This document shows, one piece after another, positions 1 to 8,047 of a stretch of 64,000 nucleotides of DNA. Where the stretch lies: assembly GCA_963826115.1 (NCBI GenBank), contig CAWGVS010000005.1, forward strand, positions 2,061,137-2,125,136, read 5' to 3'. The translations under genes and the position numbers were made by a program. Source of the DNA: an uncultured Candidatus Rokubacteria bacterium. Its GTDB lineage: Bacteria > Methylomirabilota > Methylomirabilia > Rokubacteriales > DASRDR01. The notes beneath the pieces are model-generated. The model was not told the DNA's origin. It did not search any database and was given only the letters and a program-made list of their open reading frames with translations. Numbering within the stretch: the first letter of the stretch is position 1; every line of letters starts with the position of its first letter.

Positions 1-870
1 GGCGCGCCTGATGGAGCGACCCCGGAGCCAGAGAGCGCGGCCCCGGTGGTCCACGCCAAGGGATCCCTCGCTGCCGGTCACCCAGGCCCACTGGAGGCGG
101 GGCAGGCCGGGGGCCGCAATGGAGTTGACCAGCGTCGCCACCGCACCACCTTGGAACCGGACGAGCAGGAAGACCGTGTCCTCGCCTTCGACCGTGGGGA
201 ACAAGTTCGGAGGCGCCTGGGCGAAGATCTTCGCGATCGGTCCCGCCCAGTCCTGCAGGAGGTGCAGGTAGTGGATGCCGCCGTCGATCAGGAGCCCGCC
301 TCCCATCTCGGCGCGCCGGCTCCGCCAGCCCACGGGTCGCCGGTGGCCGCGCGCCGCCACGACGATCTGACGCACCTCGCCGATCGCTCCGTCCCGCAGA
401 TAGCCACGCACCGCGACGAAGCCCGGCGCGAAGTGCACGTTCTCGGCCACCATCAGCACCACGCCCGCCGAACGCGCCGCCGAGAGGATGCCGTCGGCCT
501 CGGCGAGAGTTCGCGCGATCGGTTTCTCGAGCAGGATGGCCTTGCCGTGCTCGGCGGCCAGGCGCGCGTGCGCCTCGTGCAGGTGGTGAGGCGTGCAGAC
601 GACGAGGGCATCGACGCGAGGGTCTGCGGCCGCAGCCTCGTAGGAGCCGAAGGCGGCGAAGCCTCCGAAGCGCCGCCGGTAGGCTTCCGCCCGGTCCGCA
701 TCGCGGCTCGCGAACGCGATCCGCACCGCGCCACCCAGCTGCCGGGCGGCGCGAGCGTGAAACGCGGCGAAACGGCCGCATCCCACGACGCCAAGCCCGA
801 GCGGGCCCGAGCCCGGCCACGCGCGGAGCGGGCGGATCGAAGGGCCACCGCTCGCGTGCGGCACCGCCAT
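1..870 (-). CDS. Gfo/Idh/MocA family oxidoreductase (3' end runs off the window)
   Basis: Manual translation of the minus strand from ATG at 870: ...LGVVGCGRFAAFH...VDALVVCTPHHLH...KAILLEKPIA...DGGIHYL. It has a Rossmann GxGxx motif and the EKP motif. Absent from the ORF track because no stop falls inside the window. Confidence 0.85.
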   Translation of the reverse strand, partial: MAVPHASGGPSIRPLRAWPGSGPLGLGVVGCGRFAAFHARAARQLGGAVRIAFASRDADRAEAYRRRFGGFAAFGSYEAAAADPRVDALVVCTPHHLHEAHARLAAEHGKAILLEKPIARTLAEADGILSAARSAGVVLMVAENVHFAPGFVAVRGYLRDGAIGEVRQIVVAARGHRRPVGWRSRRAEMGGGLLIDGGIHYLHLLQDWAGPIAKIFAQAPPNLFPTVEGEDTVFLLVRFQGGAVATLVNSIAAPGLPRLQWAWVTGSEGSLGVDHRGRALWLRGRSIRRA

Positions 871-925
871 GTCGCGCATCCTACGCACCCTTCCGAGGCC
901 GCGCAACGTCGGATACAATCGGGGC

Positions 926-2086
926 ATGCGAAGGATCGCGGTCGTCGGCGTCGGCGTGACGAAGTTCGGCAAGCACGATCGGACGTGCGCGGAGCTGTTC
1001 GCGGAGGCCGGGCTCGACGCCCTGGTGGACGCGGGAATCCGCCCGCGTCAGGTCCAGGGCGTGTACGTCGGCAACGTCGTCGGCGAGGCCGGCGAGCGGC
1101 AGCTCCACCTCGGCCCGCAGGTCACCTCGGCGCTGGGCATCCCGGAGGTGGCGGCGACGCGGTTCGAGACCGCCTGCGCCTCGAGCCACGCCGCCTTCCG
1201 CCACGCGCTGTTCGAGATCGCCTCCGGCGCGGCGGACGTGCTGCTCGTGGGCGGCACCGAGCGGGTCCTGACGATGTCCACCGAGCGCTCGACCGAGGTG
1301 TTCGCCTACGCCTCCGATGCGATCTTCGAGCAGCCGGCCGGCCTGACGTTCCCGGGCGTCTTCGCGCTGATCGCCCGCGCCCACATGGCGAAGCACGGCA
1401 CGACCGAGGAGCAGATGGCGCACGTAGCCGTGAAGAACCACCGCCACGGCGCGCGCAATCCCAAGGCCCAGTTCCAGAAGGAGATCACGCTCGACCAGGT
1501 GCTGCGTAGCGCCAAGGTCGCGGATCCGCTCAAGCTCTACGACTGCTGCCCGTTCTCCGACGGCGCGGCCGCGGTCGTCATCGCCTCCGAGGAGGTCGCG
1601 GCGAGGACGCGGAAGCCCGTGTGGGTGCTGGGCTCGGCCCAGGCGGGAGACTCCATGTGCCTGCACGACAAGCGGGATCTCGCGCGGGCCGTTGCCACGG
1701 AGCGCGCGGCGCTGGCGGCCTACCAGCAGGCCGGGCTCGGGCCCCGGGACGTGGACGTCGTCGAGCTCCACGACTGCTTCACGATCGCCGAGATCGTCGC
1801 CACCGAGGGCTTGGGCCTCTGCGAGCCGGGCACGGGCGGGATCGCGGCGGAGAAGGGGGAGACGAGCCTGGGGGGCCGGATTCCGGTGAACGTGTCCGGC
1901 GGCCTCAAGGCCAAGGGGCACCCGATCGGGGCGACCGGCGCGGCGCAAGTGGCCGAGATCGCCACCCAGCTCCGCGGCGAGGCTGACCGGCGCCAGGTCG
2001 AGGGGGCCGCGGTCGGGCTCACCCACACGCTGGGCGGGAACACCGCCACCGTCCTCGTCAGCCTCTTCGGCCGCGAGCCGCGATGA
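926..2086 (+). CDS. Thiolase family protein (SCP-x/archaeal-type acetyl-CoA acetyltransferase)
   Basis: MRRIAVVGVGVTKFGK start; ETACASS catalytic Cys; ELHDCFT; SGGLKAKGHPIGATG. Confidence 0.92.
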   Translation: MRRIAVVGVGVTKFGKHDRTCAELFAEAGLDALVDAGIRPRQVQGVYVGNVVGEAGERQLHLGPQVTSALGIPEVAATRFETACASSHAAFRHALFEIASGAADVLLVGGTERVLTMSTERSTEVFAYASDAIFEQPAGLTFPGVFALIARAHMAKHGTTEEQMAHVAVKNHRHGARNPKAQFQKEITLDQVLRSAKVADPLKLYDCCPFSDGAAAVVIASEEVAARTRKPVWVLGSAQAGDSMCLHDKRDLARAVATERAALAAYQQAGLGPRDVDVVELHDCFTIAEIVATEGLGLCEPGTGGIAAEKGETSLGGRIPVNVSGGLKAKGHPIGATGAAQVAEIATQLRGEADRRQVEGAAVGLTHTLGGNTATVLVSLFGREPR

Positions 2087-2490
2087 GCGTGCCGGCCGCG
2101 ACGTCGGACGCGACGCGCGGCATGACCACGCGCGAGTTCTTCGAAGGCGTGCGAGAGGGTCGCCTCGTCGTCCAGCGGTGCGCAGCTTGTCGAGCGCTCG
2201 CGGTGCCTCCCAAGGCGGTCTGTCCGAGCTGTGAAGGCGTCCGCTGGGAGCGTTCGACGCTCGACGGTGACGGCGAGATCGCCTCGTACACGGTGATCCG
2301 CGTCCCGCCCGCCCAGTTCGCCGCCGAGGCGCCCTTCGTGGTGGCCGTCACCCGAATGGTCGAGGGCGTGTCGCTTCTGGGCCGCCTGGCCGGCATGCCG
2401 ATCGACTCCGTGCGCGTCGGCATGCCGGTTCGCTTCGGCGGTTCGGCCACGAGCACCGACCCGCCCGTCATCCTGTTCCGTCCCCGCTAG
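2083..2490 (+). CDS. DUF35 Zn-ribbon/OB-fold protein (thiolase partner)
   Basis: QRCAAC...PPKAVCPSC Zn ribbon followed by GEIASYTVI OB-fold; ATGA overlap with the thiolase. Confidence 0.9.
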   Translation: MSVPAATSDATRGMTTREFFEGVREGRLVVQRCAACRALAVPPKAVCPSCEGVRWERSTLDGDGEIASYTVIRVPPAQFAAEAPFVVAVTRMVEGVSLLGRLAGMPIDSVRVGMPVRFGGSATSTDPPVILFRPR

Positions 2491-2596
2491 CCCGTCGAGC
2501 CTTCTCGCCCCAGGATCATGTCTCCCTCGGCGGTGCATCGAGGGAACTCGCCTCTCGCCCGCAGGGTTGCATAATGGAGAGGAGCGCTGCGGAGCT

Positions 2597-3655
2597 ATGA
2601 CGACTGCGACGCCGCGCTCCAGGAGGCCAAACGTGCAGACGCCCCGCATCGTCGCCACCGGCACAGCCGTGCCCGCCCGGCGCTTCACCCAGGAGGAGCT
2701 CGCCGACCTCTTCGGCTATGGCGATGGGCTTCAGCGCAGCTTCTTTCACAACAGCGGCATCGACGGAAGAAATCTCTACATCACCGCCGCCGAACCCCGG
2801 CGCGAGACCATCGACGAGCTGTCGGCCCGATTCGCGGAGGGCAGCGTGCGGTTGGGCGTCGAGGCCGTCGAGACCTGTCTCGCCCGGGCCGGGCTGGGCA
2901 CGGCGGACGTCGACTTTCTCGTGACGACGACCTGCACGGGCCGACTCGTCCCGAGCCTCGACGCACACCTGATCGGAGCGCTCGGCCTCCGGACAGACGT
3001 GCAGCGCGTTCACGTAGGAGACACCGGCTGCGCCAGCGCGATGGTCGCCCTCCAGCAGGCGTGGAACTATCTCCGTGCCTTCCCGGAGCGTCGCGCGCTC
3101 GTCGTGTCGGTCGAGCTGTGCTCCACCACCTACTATCTGGACGACGAGGCGGAGACCGCGGTGGCGAATGCAATCTTCTCGGATGGGGCCGCCGCGGTGC
3201 TCCTCAGCACGAGCGGCGACGGGCCAGAGGTCCTCGGTCACCGGACGCTGATCCGTCCGGAGTACCTGGATCGCATGGGATTCACCTTCCCGGGCGGCTC
3301 CTATCGCATCCGCTTGTCGCCAGAAGTCCGGCGGATCGCGCCGGCGATGATGGACGAGCTGACCGGTACGCTCCTCAAGGACCACGATCTCACCAGGGAG
3401 GACGTGAGTTTCTGGGTGCTCCACTCCGCTGGCCGGCGGGTGATCGAGAACGCGCAAGCCCTGCTGGGCCTGTCCGACGCCGATGTCGCCTACTCCCGGG
3501 ACGTTCTCCGCCGGCTCGGGAATCTTTCGTCCGCCACCGTGCTCTTCGTCCTCGAAGCGGTTCTCCAGAGCGGCCGGCCGCGGCCGGGCGACGTGGGTCT
3601 CATGGTCGCGCTCGGCCCCGGTTTCGCGGCCGAGGGCGCACTGCTCCGATTCTAG
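2597..3655 (+). CDS. Type III polyketide synthase (chalcone synthase-like)
   Basis: Cys-His-Asn triad in GDTGCASA, WVLHSAG and GNLSSATV; SVELCS; ALGPGF. Start uncertain (2567/2597/2633). Confidence 0.9.
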   Translation: MTTATPRSRRPNVQTPRIVATGTAVPARRFTQEELADLFGYGDGLQRSFFHNSGIDGRNLYITAAEPRRETIDELSARFAEGSVRLGVEAVETCLARAGLGTADVDFLVTTTCTGRLVPSLDAHLIGALGLRTDVQRVHVGDTGCASAMVALQQAWNYLRAFPERRALVVSVELCSTTYYLDDEAETAVANAIFSDGAAAVLLSTSGDGPEVLGHRTLIRPEYLDRMGFTFPGGSYRIRLSPEVRRIAPAMMDELTGTLLKDHDLTREDVSFWVLHSAGRRVIENAQALLGLSDADVAYSRDVLRRLGNLSSATVLFVLEAVLQSGRPRPGDVGLMVALGPGFAAEGALLRF

Positions 3656-3663
3656 GTCTCGTC

Positions 3664-4395
3664 GTGGCGCCGCTGGCCCGCGAAGCCTCACGCACCGAGT
3701 TGATGGATCGGCTCGAGGCGTCCCCCGCCGAGCTCGCCCGGAACCTCGCCGACATCGCCCGTCTGAACCGGATCGGCGCCACCCAGGCCATCCTGCGGCA
3801 CGTCGCGCCGTTTCTCGCGCTGCTCTCCCCGGGCGAGACCCTCCGGATCCTCGACGTCGGCACCGGGGCGGCGGACATCCCGCTGGCCCTCGCGGGATGG
3901 GCCCGGCATCACGGTCATCGCGTGCGGATCGTGGCCCTCGAGCTTCATCCGACCATCCTGCGGTACGCCGCGCGTGCCGCGACGGGCACGCCCGAGGTGA
4001 GCGTCGTCGCGGGCGACGCGCTCGAGACACCGATCCGCCCGGGTTCAGTCGACGTGGCGATCTGCTCGTTGGTCCTCCACCATCTGCCGGAGGAAGCCGT
4101 GGTCGCTCTGCTCCGACGGCTCGCCGACCTGGCGCGCCTTGGCTTCGTCGTGAGCGATTTCCGGCGGGGACGGGTCGCCTGGGCCGCTGTGTGGCTCGTC
4201 ACGCGGGCCGTCTCCCGGAGCCGGATGACCCGACACGACGGGCCCCTCTCGGTGCGACGGGCCTATACCCCGGAGGAGCTGGCGCTCCTGTCACGACGCG
4301 CCGGGCTCCCCGACATCCGGTGGCACCGGGCCCCTGCATTCCGTCAGATCGGCGTCTGGACCCGCGCGAGCGCCGGGACCGGTCATGACGGCTGA
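3664..4395 (+). CDS. Class I SAM-dependent methyltransferase (type III PKS-associated)
   Basis: ELMD N-terminal motif, ILDVGTGAAD, SLVLHH, HDGPLSVRRAYT; real part of ORF 3061..4395. Confidence 0.88.
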   Translation: MAPLAREASRTELMDRLEASPAELARNLADIARLNRIGATQAILRHVAPFLALLSPGETLRILDVGTGAADIPLALAGWARHHGHRVRIVALELHPTILRYAARAATGTPEVSVVAGDALETPIRPGSVDVAICSLVLHHLPEEAVVALLRRLADLARLGFVVSDFRRGRVAWAAVWLVTRAVSRSRMTRHDGPLSVRRAYTPEELALLSRRAGLPDIRWHRAPAFRQIGVWTRASAGTGHDG

Positions 4396-5647
4396 TGCCG
4401 TCATAGTCGGCGCGGGGCCGGCGGGGGCCGCCACCGCGATCTTCCTCGCTGAGCAGGGGCTTTCCGTGGTCCTTCTCGATCGCGCGCGATTTCCCCGCGA
4501 CAAGGTCTGCGGCGAGTACCTCTCGCCGGCGGGGCGCCGGATCCTGGACCGCCTGGGCGTCCTCTCCAGGGTGGAGGCGCGCGGGGCGCGTAGGCTCCGA
4601 GGGATGCGCATCCTCGCGCCCGACGGCACCCTCCTCGTCGCCGACTACCCCACCGATGAACCCTGGCACGGCCGTCGTCCGTACGCTCTCGCCATGCGTC
4701 GTCGGGCGCTCGACCTGGCGCTCGTGGAGCGCGCACGGGAGGTCGGCGTCACGGTCCGCGAAGGGATGCGCGTGAACGATCTTCTCCGCTCAGGCAGGCG
4801 GGTGAGCGGCGTGGTCGCCGAGCCCATCGAGGCCGGAGGACGGGGCCCCGCGGAGCGCGTCTCCGCGCGGCTGGTCGTCGCCGCCGACGGCCGCACCTCG
4901 GTGGTCGCCGAGCGGCTGGGACTCCGGCGCCCGCACCGCTGGCTCCATCGGCTCGCGCTGGTCGCCGACGTGGCAGGCGCGTGCGGCGACCCCGAGCGAG
5001 GCGAGATCCTCCTCGCTCCGCCCCACTACTCGATCCTGAATCCGGTGGCCCCCGGCGTGGGAAACCTGAGCCTCGTGGTCCCGATCGAGGAGGCGCGGCG
5101 GCAGAAGGCCGATCTTGCTGGCTACTTCGACAGGGCCACCCGGGCCCTGCCGGGATTCCGAGAACGACTGCGCGACGCTCGGCGTGTGGGACCGGTCCGC
5201 GCCCTGGGCCCTCTCGCCTACCGTGTCGATCCCCCGTCCCAGGACGGGGTTCTCCTGGTGGGGGACGCCGCCGGCTTCCTCGATCCCTTCACGGGCGAGG
5301 GGATCTACGCGGCCCTCCGCTCCGCCGAGCTCGCGGCGGAGGTCGGAACCCGGGCCCTACGGACCGGCGACGTTTCCGCTGCCGCGCTACGGCCCGCTCA
5401 CGTCCGGCGCGCGGTGGAGTTCGCGGCCAAGACCCGGGTGACCCTTCTCCTCCAGCGTGTCATCGCTCACCGGGCCCTCTCGGTCGCCGCTGCACGGCTC
5501 CTGGCTGCCCGGCCCGCCCATCTTTCGCGCCTGATGGGCGTCCTCGGTGACTTCGTGCGACCGGGCGCCCTCCTGGCGCCGGGATTCCTCGCCGGTCTCC
5601 TTGCACGCCCCCGGTCCCGCCTGGTGCGGTCACCGGAGATCCGCTAA
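4385..5647 (+). CDS. FAD-dependent oxidoreductase (geranylgeranyl reductase/flavin monooxygenase family)
   Basis: IVGAGPAG, FPRDKVCGEYLS, AADG, VGDAAGFLDPFTGEGI. Confidence 0.88.
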   Translation: MTADAVIVGAGPAGAATAIFLAEQGLSVVLLDRARFPRDKVCGEYLSPAGRRILDRLGVLSRVEARGARRLRGMRILAPDGTLLVADYPTDEPWHGRRPYALAMRRRALDLALVERAREVGVTVREGMRVNDLLRSGRRVSGVVAEPIEAGGRGPAERVSARLVVAADGRTSVVAERLGLRRPHRWLHRLALVADVAGACGDPERGEILLAPPHYSILNPVAPGVGNLSLVVPIEEARRQKADLAGYFDRATRALPGFRERLRDARRVGPVRALGPLAYRVDPPSQDGVLLVGDAAGFLDPFTGEGIYAALRSAELAAEVGTRALRTGDVSAAALRPAHVRRAVEFAAKTRVTLLLQRVIAHRALSVAAARLLAARPAHLSRLMGVLGDFVRPGALLAPGFLAGLLARPRSRLVRSPEIR

Positions 5648-5660
5648 GCTTCGGGCCGTC

Positions 5661-6485
5661 GTGGATCCGCGCAGCCGGCTCGTGGCGCTGGCCGGGACGG
5701 TCGATGCTCGCTCGCTCGCCGAGGGAGCGCTCTGGATCGCCGCCGAGGCTTGTCCCGGGCTCGACGTCCCGCACTGGATGGGACGCCTCGATGCACTGGG
5801 GCACCGCGCGTCCGAACGGCTCACGTCGGAGATGGACGTGGACCGGGCGGCCTCCGCCGTGGCCGGGTTTCTCTTCGAGGAGGAGGCGTTCCGGGGCAAC
5901 ACGGAGGACTACTACGACCCTCGCAACAGCTTCCTCAACGACGTGCTCGACCGCCGGCTCGGCATCCCGATCACGCTCTCCGTGGTGTACGTGGCCGTCG
6001 CGGCCCGGGCGGGGCTCGAGGCCGCCGGCGTGGGCCTGCCGGGTCACTTCGTCGTGCGGGCCGAGCGCGGCGGCCGCCACCGGCTTCTCGATCCCTTTCA
6101 CGGCGGCAGGCTCCTCGACCGTGCCGCCTGCGAGGCGCTGGTCTCGCGGGTCCGCCCCGGCGGCGGCCCGCTCGACCCGCGCTGGCTCACGCCGGTCACG
6201 ACGCGCCAGATCTTCGTCCGGATGCTCAGCAATCTGAAGGCCGTGTACTCGGCGCTCGGAGACTGGGCGCGCGCCCTGGCCGCCGTGGAGCGCATCCTTC
6301 TGCTCCTTCCCGACTCACTGGAGGAGATCCGCGATCGCGGCACGCTCAACGCCCGGCTCGGGAACGCGGCGGCGGCCGTGCAGGACTGGGACACGTATCT
6401 CCAGCGCGCGCCGGAGGCGTCCGACGCCCGCGTGGTCCGAAACCGGCTGCGCGCGCTGCGCCAGGCCCTGGCCTCCCGGAACTGA
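5661..6485 (+). CDS. SirB1 family protein (transglutaminase-like domain + TPR)
   Basis: FRGNTEDYYDPRNSFLNDVLDRRLGIPITLS, GLPGHF, DPF, RMLSNLK; C-terminal TPR-like helices. Confidence 0.88.
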   Translation: MDPRSRLVALAGTVDARSLAEGALWIAAEACPGLDVPHWMGRLDALGHRASERLTSEMDVDRAASAVAGFLFEEEAFRGNTEDYYDPRNSFLNDVLDRRLGIPITLSVVYVAVAARAGLEAAGVGLPGHFVVRAERGGRHRLLDPFHGGRLLDRAACEALVSRVRPGGGPLDPRWLTPVTTRQIFVRMLSNLKAVYSALGDWARALAAVERILLLLPDSLEEIRDRGTLNARLGNAAAAVQDWDTYLQRAPEASDARVVRNRLRALRQALASRN

Positions 6486-6599
6486 TCACCACGCTCAGCG
6501 GGACTCTGATCACCTCACGCGGACTCCGGTCGCTCAGCAGCATCGCCGCCTGGTCGTCCATGAGGGCCCGCTCGAGGGCCAGCCTCCGATGATCAGCGT

Positions 6600-6921
6600 C
6601 GAGATTCCTTGCGGCCGGCCGGGGGCGGTCACTGCCCGTCCCCTGGCGCGCCAGGCGAACTCTGGCCGCGATCGCCCGGGGTCGGGCATCCAGAACGGCA
6701 CCGGACACCCGGCCGCCCAGACGCTCCGCCAGGCCGCCGACGAGATCGTAGATCGGCACCCGTCGGCAGCCCGCCAGGCCGAGGACACGCGCCACGCGCA
6801 GAGCCTCGAACGGAGGGATCCGGAACGCGAGCACGCAGTCACCCGTGAGCGTCTCCACGACCAGCACGGCCTCCGCCTCCCGCGCCACTCCTTGCAGACC
6901 ACGCACTCGCACCGGCGTCAT
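6600..6921 (-). CDS. DUF151/bifunctional-nuclease-like protein, apparently truncated or frameshifted
   Basis: AVLVVE...LAFRIPPFEA...RVPIYDL resembles DUF151 (LPIWIG..EA...RP.THDL). Similarity is lost after ~6640 and the end is approximate. Confidence 0.45.
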
Positions 6922-6970
6922 CGTTCGCCTCCAGTCTGCCTCAGCGTGGTTCGTGTTACCAAATATGTAT

Positions 6971-6988
6971 GATTAGGTGACCTTAATC
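6971..6988. promoter_or_regulatory. Imperfect palindrome GATTAGGTGACCTTAATC, candidate repressor operator
   Basis: Lies in a locally AT-rich patch ~50 bp upstream of the 6921 start; TTAGG-N4-CTTAA core. Confidence 0.4.
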
Positions 6989-7040
6989 CATCATCATGTC
7001 AAGACCTTCTTCGAGAGGGACGGGGTGGGCGCGGGAACGA

Positions 7041-7235
7041 CTAGTGCCGGACGAACCGGCGGAGGTTCTTCAGGTAGTACCCCATCACGAGGGTGATCAC
7101 CGCGGAGATGAGAGCGATCACGAGGTGGCTCACCTCGCGCGTCTCGCGATAGGCAAGCGCCTCCCACCCCGTGTAGAACACGCCGAAGCAGATCGCCGTC
7201 CCGATCAAGAGCCGGTGCGCGATGATGATGAGCAT
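7041..7235 (-). CDS. Small membrane protein (64 aa, two hydrophobic segments)
   Basis: MLIIIAHRLLIGTAICFGVFY...LVIALISAVITLVMGYYL; GGAGG RBS upstream. Confidence 0.7.
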   Translation of the reverse strand: MLIIIAHRLLIGTAICFGVFYTGWEALAYRETREVSHLVIALISAVITLVMGYYLKNLRRFVRH

Positions 7236-7252
7236 CGGTCAGCCACCCTCCG

Positions 7253-8044
7253 TCATCCGATCACCCAGCCGCCGTCGACGCGCAGGACCTGGCCCGTCAC
7301 GTAGTTCGAGGCGGGCGACGCCAGGAAGAGGACGGCCTCCGCAATGTCTTCCGCCTGCCCCATCCGCGGGATCGGAAGCTCCTGGGCCGCGTAGGCGTAT
7401 CCACGGGTCATCTCCGTGTCGACACCGCCCGGGGCGACACTGTTGACGTAGATCCCGTTCTGACCCACGTCCTTGGCGACCCAGCGCGTGAACGCGATGA
7501 CACCCCCCTTGGCCGCCGCGTAGGCGGGGCCCGAGCGGCCGCCTCGAGCGTCCGGACTGTCCCCGGACCGTGACACCACACCCCCGATGATCCCTGAGAT
7601 CGACGAGATCGTCACGATCTTGCCGTAGCCCTGGTCGCGCATCACGGGCACCACAGCCTGGACGGCGTGAAAGGTCCCCGTCAGTACCACCTCGACGACG
7701 CGGCGCCATACAGTCTCGGTCGTCTCCTCGAGCGGGTCCCGGTGAATGATCCCGGCCGCGGTCACGAGGATGTCGAGGCGCCCCAGCGTGGCCATCACGC
7801 GCCCGACCACTGCACGGACCGCCTCGGCGTCGGTCACATCCAGGGTGAGGCCCATCGCCCGCCTGCCAGTCGCCGAGATGCCCGCCTCGGCCTCACCGGT
7901 GGGCAGGAGATCTGCCACGGCGACATCCGCACCGGCCCGAGCCAGAGCCACGGCGGACGCACGACCGATCCCCCGAGCGCCTCCGGTCACGAGCGCCACC
8001 TGGCCACGAAGATCGGCCGGACCGCTCGACCGGGGAATCGGCAT
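7253..8044 (-). CDS. SDR family oxidoreductase (FabG-like)
   Basis: VTGGARGIG, YAAAK, NSVAPG, TGQVLRVDGG. Confidence 0.92.
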   Translation of the reverse strand: MPIPRSSGPADLRGQVALVTGGARGIGRASAVALARAGADVAVADLLPTGEAEAGISATGRRAMGLTLDVTDAEAVRAVVGRVMATLGRLDILVTAAGIIHRDPLEETTETVWRRVVEVVLTGTFHAVQAVVPVMRDQGYGKIVTISSISGIIGGVVSRSGDSPDARGGRSGPAYAAAKGGVIAFTRWVAKDVGQNGIYVNSVAPGGVDTEMTRGYAYAAQELPIPRMGQAEDIAEAVLFLASPASNYVTGQVLRVDGGWVIG

Positions 8045-8047
8045 CGG

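Noticed and set aside
46-1509. Long plus-strand ORF and many other Arg/Gly/Pro-rich alternative ORFs (e.g. 39824..42889, 19119..21143, 53613..55652)
   Set aside because: Antisense or off-frame shadows of real genes in high-GC DNA; no recognisable motifs
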